Part shown: positions 33,840 through 43,555 of the stretch, piece after piece
Layout: each line of letters starts with the position of its first letter
Position numbering within the stretch: position 1 is the stretch's first letter
From: an uncultured bacterium
Lineage (GTDB): Bacteria; Planctomycetota; UBA1135; GCA-002686595
Length of the DNA stretch: 64,000 bases
Direction: 5' to 3'
Assembly: GCA_943787795.1 (NCBI GenBank)
Contig: CALSNU010000001.1
Span: 192,001 to 256,000, forward strand
The notes under the pieces: model-generated
What the model saw: only the letters and a program-made list of their open reading frames with translations
What the model was told of the DNA's origin: nothing
Database searches by the model: none
Position numbers and translations under genes: made by a program

Positions 33840-34193
33840 ATGCCTGAGTCCTCCTCCACCGCCCCGATCGAAGACGATGCCGCCCGCCTGCTGAAGGAGG
33901 TCATCCGGCGGCAGAAGTTCCTCGCCGTGCTCCATGCCCCGCTCTTCCGGGCACCAGCCCAGCGCGCCCCGGGGCTCCCGAAGCCCATGAGGCTGCTCTT
34001 CCTGTTCTTCCTGCTCCCGGGTGCTGTCGGAATCATGGTCGAGAACCTCGAGCACGCCGTGTTTCTGTTAGGCACCTTTGGCGTTCTGCTGGTCGTCGCG
34101 CTGTACCTGGATGTGCGCTGCCGTCAGGATGCTCTTGTGGCGTTGCTGGAGGACAGCGACGTGATCGGTCCTGCGAAGTCACCCGCAGAGTAG
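33840..34193 (+). CDS. Small two-TM hypothetical protein lying between the direct repeats
   Basis: ATG at 33840; two hydrophobic helices. Confidence 0.55.
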   Translation: MPESSSTAPIEDDAARLLKEVIRRQKFLAVLHAPLFRAPAQRAPGLPKPMRLLFLFFLLPGAVGIMVENLEHAVFLLGTFGVLLVVALYLDVRCRQDALVALLEDSDVIGPAKSPAE

Positions 34194-34201
34194 CCGTCCG
34201 T

Positions 34202-34384
34202 CGGGTCCGCCGCGCCGCCCGCTGGCTCACCGAGCGGACCGACGGAGGCCGGACGTTCCCGCGCTCACCCATCGGGCTCTACTTCGCCCAGCTCTGGTAC
34301 CACGAGGAGCTCTACCCGGTGGTCTTCACCGTCTCGGCGCTGGGCGCCGCGCGCCGGCTCCTGGAGCAACCCTCCCGGGAGTGA
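34202..34384 (+). pseudogene. Orphan diverged copy of the cyclase C-terminal coding sequence (repeat copy 2)
   Basis: Encodes RVRRAARWLTERTDGGRTFPRSPIGLYFAQLWYHEELYPVVFTVSALGAARRLLEQPSRE* with no start codon. Confidence 0.88.
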
Positions 34385-34427
34385 CGGCGTCGCTGGTGCC
34401 CCGCCGTTCCCGGTCGCCGCGGACGGT

Positions 34428-34826
34428 TCAGGCCGGGAACAGGCGCCCGATCACGGGGAGCTCGCGGCGATGGAGCCACGCGGTGACGGTGCCCGCGGCG
34501 AGCGTGACCAGCGCGAGGGTGAAGAGCGTCCCCCCGTCGTCCTCGACCTCCACCCCCAAGATGGTCAGGTGGCTGAGCACGGCGCCCGCCATGATCCCCA
34601 CCGTCATGGCGCCGCCGACGCCTGCGGTGCGGGGGAGGAGCAGCAGGGCCACCGCCACGAGCTCGGACGCACCCGCGAAGAGCCGGCCCGCGGGCTCCAC
34701 GCCGAGGGTCTCGAAGATGTAGACGCTCTCTGGGGCGGTGGTGAACTTGAAGTACAGGGTCTGGGCCATGATGGCGGCCGCCGTGAGGCGGGCCATCCAG
34801 TCGAGGGCGCGTAGGGGTTGGTTCAT
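34428..34826 (-). CDS. DoxX-like membrane protein
   Basis: IMAQTLYFKFT.APESVYIF..LG.EP.GR...G..EL; GA..SHL..LG; four TM helices. Confidence 0.75.
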   Translation of the reverse strand: MNQPLRALDWMARLTAAAIMAQTLYFKFTTAPESVYIFETLGVEPAGRLFAGASELVAVALLLLPRTAGVGGAMTVGIMAGAVLSHLTILGVEVEDDGGTLFTLALVTLAAGTVTAWLHRRELPVIGRLFPA

Positions 34827-35053
34827 GGCAGGCCGCGGGGTGGGGAAGGGAGCGGAGGCGGATGTCCGGCATCCGCGCGGGCCAGGTGAGCCGCTCACCC
34901 CAGCACAGGGGCCGCGCTCTTTGGAGTCAACCGTCGGCGCGACTTCTGGCGCGCCGGTGCCGGCGGAGGGCCGATGGTCGACCCTCTGCGATGTCGCGCA
35001 TCCTCAGGACTCAGGTCCGGGTATTACCCTTGGGTACCCCTTACCTCCCCGCG

Positions 35054-36502
35054 ATGCCCCCCCCAGCCACCGACTCCACCCGGGCCTTTCCCCTCTGCCA
35101 GGGCTGCGGGGCCGCGCCGACCACCCGGGAGGAGGAGGCGTGCCGATTCTGTGGGACGGTGCTCTCCTGGGCGGACTTCGACCTCCTCTCGAGGAAGCGA
35201 GTCGTCCTCAGGGATGCGAGCGCTGAGGTCGTGGACGCTGCGCTCTGGAAGGTCGAGACGTCGCCGGAGTTCCTCGAGGCCACGGCGAGGGACCTCCCTG
35301 AAGGAGACGATGGTCCGATCCTTGAGCCCCTGGCCATGGTCATCGGCGTGCTCTGTGCCCTGGGCGCGACCTGGCTGTTCGGACGCAACGAGGTCCTCGG
35401 CTTGGCCGCCGGCGTCGGCTCACTGTATGTCGTCGAGGGCGCCAACGAGCGCTTACGGGGTCGGGGCAGAGGGGGACGGGGGAAGCGCCAGTGGGCCGCC
35501 GCCATCTGCGTCCTGGAGCTGGGACCCCCGGAGACCTTCTGGGGGCTGAGGCCGCGTCGCGTTCGAAGGGTCACGGCACGGCTGACCCGCCAGCGCACGC
35601 GGAGGTTCAAGGTGGGGGTGAGCGCGGACCTCCACGCTGGCGACGTGGGCCTGGCCCATACCCTCGGTCACGAGATCGTCAGCTTCGACCGCCGTATGCA
35701 CCTGTCGGAGGACGTGAGTGCCCTCGCTACCGGACCAGAGCAAGGCGGAGACCCAAGCCCGATGGCCACGGCCAGGGAGGCGGGGAGCGCCTCCGTTCTC
35801 GACGCCGAGGCTCCGGCGCATGGGTTCTCATCCGCAGCGTCCCCCTCCCGCGACTTCCCGCTCTGCGGCGACTGCGGTTCTGCCCCCTCCTCCAGGGGCG
35901 AGGAGACCTGCCGGTTCTGCGGAGCCGAGCTCTCCTGGGAGGAGTTCGATCGCCGATCCCAGCGGCAATTTGATGTTCATGAGGACCGCGACCGCCTCAT
36001 CGACCTGGCGCTCTCTCGGGCGGAGTCATCCGGGGAGCGGCAGAGGGCCAACCGTCCGCCTCGACCTCCCTCCTGGGGGGAAGTCCCGGGGCTCAAGAGG
36101 ATGGTCCTCTTGACGCTGGTCTCGTTCGGCGGCGTGGCCAGTGTCCTGCAGTACCTTCATCCGAGCCTCAACCCGCGGCTTGTGTTCGCCGCCGGGCTCC
36201 TGCTCCTGGTCTTCCTGATCTTCCGGATTCATGGGCGCGTCGGGTCCATGCCACGGGTTTGCAAGCAGGACATCTCATGCGAGGCCATCGCCGTGCTGGA
36301 GGTGGGCCCGCTGGAGACCTTCCGCGTGGGGAGAAAGCGGCGCCATGCCAGGACGATCCAGGCGCGGCTGCCGGGGGGACGGACGGCAGAATTCACCGCC
36401 GGAGCACGCGAGGACCTCGAGCCCGGCGACGTCGGCTTGGCCTATGTCGTGGGCGAGCGGATACGGCGCTTCGTCCTCACCAAGCACATCCCCCGGGAGT
36501 AG
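35054..36502 (+). CDS. Internally duplicated zinc-ribbon plus TM protein
   Basis: Two units of FPLCxxCG..P..R.EE.CRFCG..LSW..FD, two TM helices and AI.VLE.GP.ETF...GDVGLA. Confidence 0.65.
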   Translation: MPPPATDSTRAFPLCQGCGAAPTTREEEACRFCGTVLSWADFDLLSRKRVVLRDASAEVVDAALWKVETSPEFLEATARDLPEGDDGPILEPLAMVIGVLCALGATWLFGRNEVLGLAAGVGSLYVVEGANERLRGRGRGGRGKRQWAAAICVLELGPPETFWGLRPRRVRRVTARLTRQRTRRFKVGVSADLHAGDVGLAHTLGHEIVSFDRRMHLSEDVSALATGPEQGGDPSPMATAREAGSASVLDAEAPAHGFSSAASPSRDFPLCGDCGSAPSSRGEETCRFCGAELSWEEFDRRSQRQFDVHEDRDRLIDLALSRAESSGERQRANRPPRPPSWGEVPGLKRMVLLTLVSFGGVASVLQYLHPSLNPRLVFAAGLLLLVFLIFRIHGRVGSMPRVCKQDISCEAIAVLEVGPLETFRVGRKRRHARTIQARLPGGRTAEFTAGAREDLEPGDVGLAYVVGERIRRFVLTKHIPRE

Positions 36503-36532
36503 CTCCTCCGCCTGGCGACAGGCCCGGGCCGT

Positions 36533-36566
36533 CTGCGGCTTCCGGCTGCGGCTTCCGGCTGCGGCT
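36533..36566. repeat. 13-bp tandem repeat (CTGCGGCTTCCGG, about 2.6 copies) between convergent genes
   Basis: Direct reading. Confidence 0.6.
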
Positions 36567-37851
36567 AGCGGGGCGCGGCGATGCAGTAGAGGTGCTCGTG
36601 GGTGCGGAGGTAGATCTCTCCGTCCACCACGGCGAGGGTCGAGTTGGTGCGCTCGTCGATCTCGTTCTCGGCGAGGACCTCGAGCCCCTCCTTGTCCGCC
36701 TTGAAGACCACGGTGGTGCCGGACTGGGCCAGGAGGTACATGCGATCCCCGGCGCTGACGATGGAGCCCCAGGTGCCGCCCCGCGCCACGCGCTCCTTCC
36801 AGTCCGGGAGCCCCGTCGCGGGGTCGATGCACCAGAGGATGCCCCGCATGTCCGGGATGAAGATGCGGCCGTTCATGTAGGCGCCCGAGGCGCAGTTGCT
36901 CATCTGGCCGGCGTGGCGCCAGAGCTGCCGGGACCCCGGCTCGGGGCCGGTGGCGCCGAGCTTCACGCCGAGGGTCGGGCCCTCCCAGCCACCCACGAAG
37001 ACGCAGGCGTCGCCGGCGACCACGGGGGAGGAGTAGGTGAGGTTGCCGCGGGTGCCGCGGATGCCGTCGCAGGTCCACGCGATGGAACCCGTCTCGAGGT
37101 CGTAGGCCACCACGCGGGTGGGCTGGCCGCAGACCAGCAGCGGGCGGTCCCCTTCCTCGGTGATGATCGGGGTGCACCAGGAGCCCGCGATGCGGCGGGT
37201 CTCCAGCTCCTCGGGCGTGCGAACGTCGGGCTCGTCCGTCTCCCAGAGGGTCTCGCCGGACTTCAGGTCGATGGCGGTCATGAAGGTCCGGGCGCCGGGG
37301 CCGGTGTTGAGGTAGACGACGCCCTCGCGGATGACGGGGGAGGTGCCGTAGCCCCAGATGTGCCGGAACTCGCCCAGGTCGCGGGACCAGACGGACTCGC
37401 CCTCGAGGTCGTAGCAGTGCAGGCCCGCCGTGGCGTGCCACACGACGACGCGGTCGCCGCTCACCGCGGGGGTGGTGCCGCAGTAGGGGTTGGTCTCGTG
37501 GGTGGGCATCTTCTCCTCGACCTGCACCGTGCGGGCCCAGAGGCGCTCGCCGTCCGCGCGGGAGTAGCACTCCAGGGTGCGGCCCTTGCCCTCGGTGTCC
37601 TCGGGGGTGGTGAGGAAGATGCGGTCCCCCTGGACCACCGGGCTCCCGTTGGCGGGCATGCCCAGGGCGACCTTCCACTTCACGTTGTCCTCGGCGCTCC
37701 ACGTGAGGGGCGTGTTGGAGGAGGGGATCACCCCGTCGCTGGTGGGCCCGCGCCAGGACGGCCAGTCGGAGGCCCCAGCGGAAGACACTGCGGGGGCAGC
37801 GAGGAGGGCGAGGAGGGCGAGCGTGGTGGAGGAGCGGTGCGTGGGGTTCAT
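36565..37851 (-). CDS. Secreted PQQ-like/BamB-like beta-propeller protein
   Basis: Signal peptide, DWPSWRGP, repeated G...W Trp-docking motifs, RT..HLYCI C-terminus. Confidence 0.85.
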   Translation of the reverse strand: MNPTHRSSTTLALLALLAAPAVSSAGASDWPSWRGPTSDGVIPSSNTPLTWSAEDNVKWKVALGMPANGSPVVQGDRIFLTTPEDTEGKGRTLECYSRADGERLWARTVQVEEKMPTHETNPYCGTTPAVSGDRVVVWHATAGLHCYDLEGESVWSRDLGEFRHIWGYGTSPVIREGVVYLNTGPGARTFMTAIDLKSGETLWETDEPDVRTPEELETRRIAGSWCTPIITEEGDRPLLVCGQPTRVVAYDLETGSIAWTCDGIRGTRGNLTYSSPVVAGDACVFVGGWEGPTLGVKLGATGPEPGSRQLWRHAGQMSNCASGAYMNGRIFIPDMRGILWCIDPATGLPDWKERVARGGTWGSIVSAGDRMYLLAQSGTTVVFKADKEGLEVLAENEIDERTNSTLAVVDGEIYLRTHEHLYCIAAPR

Positions 37852-37986
37852 GGCTGAGCTTGAGGATAGCCTCGCGCGAACGGGTTGGTGCTGCGTCTCT
37901 GGGTCGGCGCGGCTCGGAAGGGGGAGGACACCCAGCAAAGGAGCCCGGGAGGACCTATCCTGCGGCCCGTCCCACGGGAGCGCCCC

Positions 37987-39153
37987 TTGCCGGAAGAACG
38001 ACGCGACACCATCTACCTCGACCACGCCGCGACCACCCCCCTGGACCCGCGCGTGCTGGAGGCCATGCTCCCCTTCCTGCAGGGCTCCTTCGGGAACGCG
38101 TCGAGTCCCCACGCTGCGGGCCGCGAGGCCTCTGGGGCGGTGGAGGAGGCCCGCGGCCGCGTGGCCCTGGCCCTCGGCGCGGACCCCCGGGAGGTGGTCT
38201 TCACCAGCGGCGCCACCGAGTCGAACAACCTGGCCCTGCGCGGGGTGGCCCGGGCCCAGGCCCACGCCCGGCGTCCGCGCCGGGTGGTCACCTGCGTGAC
38301 CGAGCACCATGCGGTGCTCGACCCCCTCGCCGCGCTCGAGGCCGAGGGCTTCGAGGTGGTGCGTCTCGGCGTGGACCGCGAGGGGCACCTGGACCTCGGC
38401 CGGCTGGAAGAGGAGCTCGCGCGCGGGGTACTGCTGGTGTCCCTCATGAGCGCGAACAACGAGACCGGCGGACGGCACCCCATTGCCGAGATCGGCGCGC
38501 GCTGCAGGGAGCACGGCGCGCTGTTTCACACGGACGCCACCCAGACCTTCGGCAAGGAGCCCCTGGACGTGGACGAGGCCTCGGTGGACCTCCTCAGCCT
38601 CTCGGCCCACAAGCTCTACGGGCCCAAGGGAGTGGGGGCGCTCTACCTGCGCCGCAAGCGACCCCGCGTGCGGGTGGAGCCGCTGCTCGAGGGCGGCGGG
38701 CATGAGGGCGGGCGGCGCTCGGGGACGCTGAACGTGCCGGGTATCGTGGGGCTCGGGGCCGCGACTCGCCTGGCGGAGGCCGAGCGCGGCGCGGAGGCGG
38801 CCCGCGTGGGGGCGCTGCGCGACCGGTTCGAGGCGACGCTCCGCGACGGCGTCCCGGGCCTGAAGGTCGTTGGCGATCCCTCCGATCGCCTGGCGGGGCA
38901 CTCCAACCTGGCGTTTCCGGGCATCGACGGGGACGACCTCCTCAAGGCGATGCCGGACGTCTGCGCCTCGACCGCCGCGGCCTGCACCAGCGCGAGCCTG
39001 GAGCGCAGCCATGTGCTGCGGGCGTTGGGGCATGACCCCGAGGCCGTGGTGGGGAGCGTACGCTTCTCCCTCGGCCGGACGACGACCGAGGGCGAGGTGG
39101 AGCGAGCGGCGCGACGGATCCTCGACGGGCTTCACCGGGTGACGGGAGCCTGA
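37987..39153 (+). CDS. iscS: Cysteine desulfurase (IscS/NifS group I)
   Basis: IYLDHAATTP, FGNASS.H, FTSGATESNN, SAHKLYGPKG (PLP Lys), RSGT.NV, ACTS; TTG start is inferred. Confidence 0.85.
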   Translation: MPEERRDTIYLDHAATTPLDPRVLEAMLPFLQGSFGNASSPHAAGREASGAVEEARGRVALALGADPREVVFTSGATESNNLALRGVARAQAHARRPRRVVTCVTEHHAVLDPLAALEAEGFEVVRLGVDREGHLDLGRLEEELARGVLLVSLMSANNETGGRHPIAEIGARCREHGALFHTDATQTFGKEPLDVDEASVDLLSLSAHKLYGPKGVGALYLRRKRPRVRVEPLLEGGGHEGGRRSGTLNVPGIVGLGAATRLAEAERGAEAARVGALRDRFEATLRDGVPGLKVVGDPSDRLAGHSNLAFPGIDGDDLLKAMPDVCASTAAACTSASLERSHVLRALGHDPEAVVGSVRFSLGRTTTEGEVERAARRILDGLHRVTGA

Positions 39154-39401
39154 GGCCACCCGGGCGCCCGGGGCAGGGGTGGGTACCGCGTTGGCTCGCC
39201 GGAGCGCTCGGCGCGCAGGGCCGCTCTCGACGGAGCGGAAGAGTCCCGACGGGAGTCGTGTGAAAGGTCCAGGCAAAGGGGGCTGGCGGACGCCTGAGGG
39301 CCCAACTCCTGGGCCCCGAGCGAGTACCATGCGGCCCCTTGATCGCGCGCCTCGCTCGACCAGCGCGGCGCGGCTGCCCTCCCCCGGACTCACAGGACCG
39401 C

Positions 39402-41648
39402 ATGACCCCCCGAACGGCCCTCCACCAGGCGACCGCGGCGCTGCTCGCGCTCGCGTCCTTATCCTCCAGCGCCTTGGCCCAGGAAGGCCCCCGCGGCTGG
39501 CTGAGCTGGCGCGGTCCCGATCAGAACGGGACCTCTACCGAGGTCGGCCTGCCCGGCGCGCCCGATCTGGAGGAGAACCTCGCCTGGACCTACGAGATGG
39601 CGGGGCGAGGCACGCCGGTCATCGCCGACGGCAAGCTCTTCGGCATGGGGTACGACGGCAAGGGGGAGACCCTCCAGGAGGTCCTGTTCTGCCTGGACGC
39701 CGCCACCGGCAAGGAGCTCTGGACCCGCCGCTTCCCGGACTTCATCAGCGACGTCATCTATACGCGCTACGCCATCGGGAGCCCGACCGTGGACCCGGAG
39801 ACGGGAAACGTCTTCGCGCTCACCGGACCGGGGCTCATCCATGGCTTCACCCCCGACGGCGAGCTGCTCTGGCAGCGGTCCATGATGGAGGACCTCGGCC
39901 GGCTGACGTTCCCCAACGGCCGCGTGGGGGCGCCGCTGATCGTGGGCGACCTCGTCATCGTCCACTTCATCTTCGCGGCATGGGGGCCGGACTTTGGACC
40001 TGCGCGGGATCGCTTCTACGCCTTCGACAAGCGCACCGGTGAGGTGGTCTGGGGCGCGACGCCGGGCGGCCCGCCGAAGGACAGCTCCTTCTCCATGCCG
40101 ATCGTAGAGCTGCGCGACGGCCGCTTCGTGTTCTACGCGGGGATGGGGGGCGGCTACACCTCATGCGTGGACGCCATGACCGGCGAGGTCATCTGGCAGT
40201 ACCCCTTCAGCATCGGCGGCATCAACTCAAGCGCCCTGATCCACGGCGACAAGCTGATCATCATCCACGGCAAGGAGAACCGCGACTCCAGCGTCATTGG
40301 CCGGATGGTCGCCCTGGATCTGACCGCGAAGCCGGGGGAGGACGGCGTGCTCCCGAAGACCGCGGAGCTCTGGCGCAACGACCTGGTGGCGTTCACCAGC
40401 TCGCCGATCCTCGTGGGGGACACGGTGTTCGCGACGACCCTGACCGGGGAGTTGAACGCGATCAACGTGAACAACGGCGAGGTCATGTGGCACGAGAAGC
40501 TGGGCGACAGCCAGCTCCACGCCTCGCCGGCCTATGGCGATAACAAGCTCTACATCCCCCTCGCGGACGGCACCTTCCACGTGCTCGCCCTCGGCGGGAG
40601 CCGGGCCGCCAAGCTCGGGGTCGCGAACCTCGGCGGCAGCTGCCTGGGCGCCCCGGCCATCGCCGGGGGCCGCGTCTACGTCCACAGCACCGAGCGCCTC
40701 CACTGCTTCACCGAGGAGCCCGCGGAGCTGCCGGCCTGGCCCGCGCAGCAGTGGGACGCGGCCGCGGCCCCCGAGCTCGGGGCGCCGACCCAGCTGCAGG
40801 TGGTCCCCTTCGACCAGACCGTGCGCGTGGGCGAGTCCATCGACCTAGAGCTCCGCTGGCTCGACGCCTCCGGGCGCGTCGTGAAGCGGGTGCCGTCCGC
40901 CGAGGCGGAGGTCACCGTGGCCGCGCGCCAGAAGGCGCCCCTCGCGGAGAAGCAGGCCGACGGCGCCTGGGTCGCGGCCAACCCCGGCGCGGGCAAGGCC
41001 ATGGTCAAGCTCGAGGGGGCGGCGGGCGCCGCCCGGGTGCGGGTCGTGCCGAGCCTCCCCTTCGCGCAGGACTTCTCGGGGTTCCAGCTGAACCAGGCCG
41101 AGGGCACCTTCGCCTTCCCTCCGGGCGAGTGGCTCGGCGGCCGCCTCAAGTGGAAGATCATCGACAAGGACGGCGAGCGCCTCCTGACCCGCAACATGGC
41201 CAACCCGCTGTTCCAGCGGACCATGACCCTGTTCGGCGCCGCCGATGACGCCAACTACACCGTCCAGGTGGACGTGATGTCCGACGGCAACCGCCGGACG
41301 CTCTCCTCGCCTGGCGTCGTGAACCAGCGCTACCAGTTCGTCCTCAAGGGCAACTACCAGGAGCTCGAGGTCAGCTCCAACATGGAGCACTTCAAGCAGA
41401 GCGCCAAGTTCCGCTGGAAGGCGGGCATCTGGTACACGCTGAAGACGCGCGTCGACCTGCAGGCCGACGGCAGCGCCCTCGTGCGCGGCAAGGTCTGGCC
41501 GCGCAGCGAGCCCGAGCCCGAGGCCTGGACCCTCGAGGCCACCGACCCCCACGGACACCGCTGCGGAGCAGCGGGCCTGTACGGCTTCACACCGCAGAGC
41601 CGCTACACCATCTACATGGACAATCTGAGCGTGACCCCCAATGACTAG
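39402..41648 (+). CDS. Secreted PQQ-like beta-propeller with C-terminal Ig-like and ConA-like domains
   Basis: Signal peptide, WLSWRGP, propeller repeats; C-terminal W..LK..V...RGKVWP....EP.AW....D...G.AGLYG. Confidence 0.8.
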   Translation: MTPRTALHQATAALLALASLSSSALAQEGPRGWLSWRGPDQNGTSTEVGLPGAPDLEENLAWTYEMAGRGTPVIADGKLFGMGYDGKGETLQEVLFCLDAATGKELWTRRFPDFISDVIYTRYAIGSPTVDPETGNVFALTGPGLIHGFTPDGELLWQRSMMEDLGRLTFPNGRVGAPLIVGDLVIVHFIFAAWGPDFGPARDRFYAFDKRTGEVVWGATPGGPPKDSSFSMPIVELRDGRFVFYAGMGGGYTSCVDAMTGEVIWQYPFSIGGINSSALIHGDKLIIIHGKENRDSSVIGRMVALDLTAKPGEDGVLPKTAELWRNDLVAFTSSPILVGDTVFATTLTGELNAINVNNGEVMWHEKLGDSQLHASPAYGDNKLYIPLADGTFHVLALGGSRAAKLGVANLGGSCLGAPAIAGGRVYVHSTERLHCFTEEPAELPAWPAQQWDAAAAPELGAPTQLQVVPFDQTVRVGESIDLELRWLDASGRVVKRVPSAEAEVTVAARQKAPLAEKQADGAWVAANPGAGKAMVKLEGAAGAARVRVVPSLPFAQDFSGFQLNQAEGTFAFPPGEWLGGRLKWKIIDKDGERLLTRNMANPLFQRTMTLFGAADDANYTVQVDVMSDGNRRTLSSPGVVNQRYQFVLKGNYQELEVSSNMEHFKQSAKFRWKAGIWYTLKTRVDLQADGSALVRGKVWPRSEPEPEAWTLEATDPHGHRCGAAGLYGFTPQSRYTIYMDNLSVTPND

Positions 41649-43293
41649 GCACCTGTTCACCCTCGCTGGCATCGCCGGCCTCTCGCTGTCCGCCCTGGGC
41701 TCCACGGCATGTGCGATGGCAGCCCCGGCAGCCCCGGCAAGCCCGGCAAGCCCGGCAGCCCCGGCGCTCCTGGCGCCGCCGGTCACCGTGGCTCCCACCG
41801 CGACCCAGGACTGGCCCGCGTGGGGGGGCGGCGAGTCGCGGAACATGGCCTCGACGGTCACCGGCCTCCCCGGCGACTTCACCGCCGGGGACTTCAAGCC
41901 CGGCACCGATGAGGTCGACCTCTCCACGACCAAGAACGTCCAGTGGGTCGCCAAGCTCGGCTCCCAGAGCTACGGGAACCCCACGGTCTCCGGCGGGCGC
42001 ATCTTCGTCGGCACCAACAACGACTCGCCCCGCGACCCTCGCTTCAAGGGGGACCGCTCCACGGTCTATTGCCTGGACGAGAAGACAGGCGACTACATCT
42101 GGCAGCTGAACGTGCCCAAGCTCGGCACGGGCAAGGTGTCGGACTGGGAGTACCTGGGCATCTGCTGCTCGCCGACCGTCGACGGGGACGAGGTCTACAT
42201 CGTCACGAACCGCTGCGAGGTCATGTGCCTCGACGTGCACGGCATGGCCAACGGCAACCAGGGGTACCAGGACGAGGGCAAGTACATGGCCTGGCCCTCC
42301 ACGGAGCCCATGGAGGTGACCGACACGGACGCCGACATCCTGTGGGTGTTCAACATGATCGACGAGTGCGGCGTGTTCCCTCACAACATCACCACCAGCG
42401 CGGTGCTGGTGGCGGGGGAGCGCCTCTGGGTCACCTCGTCCAACGGGGTCGACTACGGCCACGTGGAGACGCCGGCGCCCAACGCGCCGAGCCTGCTCCT
42501 CCTGGACAAGCAGACCGGCGCCCTGATCGGCGAGGAGGCCTCGGGCTGCTCCTCGCGCATCTTCCACTCGAACTGGTCCTCGCCCGCGTACCTGCGCAAG
42601 GGCGAGACCGAGCTCTGCATCTTTGGCGGGCCGGACGGCTGGCTCTACGCCTTCAAGCCGGAGCCCATCGAGGGGCCGGACGGGTGGCCGATCCTGGACG
42701 AGGCCTGGCGCTTCGACGCGAACCTGCCCGAGTACCGGATGAAGGACGGCGAGCCCATCAAGTACACGGACCGGGACGGGCCCAGCGAGGTCCTCGCCAC
42801 GCCCATCGTCCACGACGGCAAGGTCTACGCGCCCATCGGCCAGGACCCCGAGCACGGCCCCGGCGTGGGCAACCTGGTGTGCCTCGACCACACGGGCAAG
42901 CAGCTTTGGAACTACTCCAAGATCAACCGCTCGCTCTCGACCCTCGCGGTCTACGACGGGATGGTCTTCGCCTCGGACTTCTCGGGCTACGTCTACTGCC
43001 TCGACGCGTTGACCGGTGAGGAGTACTGGATCTACGACACCAAGGGCCACATCTGGGCCTCGCCCTTCGTGGCGGACGGGAAGGTCTACATCGGGAACGA
43101 GGACGGCTTCCTGACGATCCTCCCCGCCCGCAAGGACGCCGACCCCAAGAAGGAGATGGTCGAGGTCGACATGGTTAGCCCGGTCTACGCCTCGGTGATC
43201 GCGGCGAACGGGGTCCTCTACGTGGGCACCCACACGCACCTCTACGCGGTGGCGGCTGGCGCCGGCGCGGCCAAGGAAGAAGAGGGGCGCTGA
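41641..43293 (+). CDS. Secreted PQQ-like beta-propeller protein
   Basis: Signal peptide and Pro/Ala linker, DWPAWGG...RNM, propeller repeats. Confidence 0.82.
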   Translation: MTRHLFTLAGIAGLSLSALGSTACAMAAPAAPASPASPAAPALLAPPVTVAPTATQDWPAWGGGESRNMASTVTGLPGDFTAGDFKPGTDEVDLSTTKNVQWVAKLGSQSYGNPTVSGGRIFVGTNNDSPRDPRFKGDRSTVYCLDEKTGDYIWQLNVPKLGTGKVSDWEYLGICCSPTVDGDEVYIVTNRCEVMCLDVHGMANGNQGYQDEGKYMAWPSTEPMEVTDTDADILWVFNMIDECGVFPHNITTSAVLVAGERLWVTSSNGVDYGHVETPAPNAPSLLLLDKQTGALIGEEASGCSSRIFHSNWSSPAYLRKGETELCIFGGPDGWLYAFKPEPIEGPDGWPILDEAWRFDANLPEYRMKDGEPIKYTDRDGPSEVLATPIVHDGKVYAPIGQDPEHGPGVGNLVCLDHTGKQLWNYSKINRSLSTLAVYDGMVFASDFSGYVYCLDALTGEEYWIYDTKGHIWASPFVADGKVYIGNEDGFLTILPARKDADPKKEMVEVDMVSPVYASVIAANGVLYVGTHTHLYAVAAGAGAAKEEEGR

Positions 43294-43300
43294 GGGCCGC

Positions 43301-43555
43301 ATGTCCGGCAGCGCACGCATCGGATGGGGCCTGATGGCCGTCATCACGGTCCTCCACTTCGACTTCTGGAACTGGGAGACGACCTCGGTGGTCTTCGGGT
43401 TCATGCCCAAGGGCCTCGCCTGGCAGGCAGGCATCTCGCTCGCCGCCGCGGCGGGCTGGGCGCTGCTCATGAACGTCGCGTGGCCCTCCCGCGTCGAGGA
43501 CTGGGCGGCCCAACCGTCGTCCCTCGACGGTGAGTCCTCGGAGGACCCCTCGTGA
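43301..43555 (+). CDS. Small two-TM SSS accessory protein (DUF3311-like)
   Basis: LH.DFWNW...VFGFMP.GL; overlaps the symporter start. Confidence 0.7.
   Translation: MSGSARIGWGLMAVITVLHFDFWNWETTSVVFGFMPKGLAWQAGISLAAAAGWALLMNVAWPSRVEDWAAQPSSLDGESSEDPS

Noticed and set aside
33627..34201. IS element or integrative element between the direct repeats
   Set aside because: No transposase, integrase or terminal inverted repeats; the repeats are diverged coding sequence
41720..41770. 9-bp tandem repeats (CCCGGCAAG-like)
   Set aside because: They simply encode the Pro/Ala/Ser linker after the signal peptide
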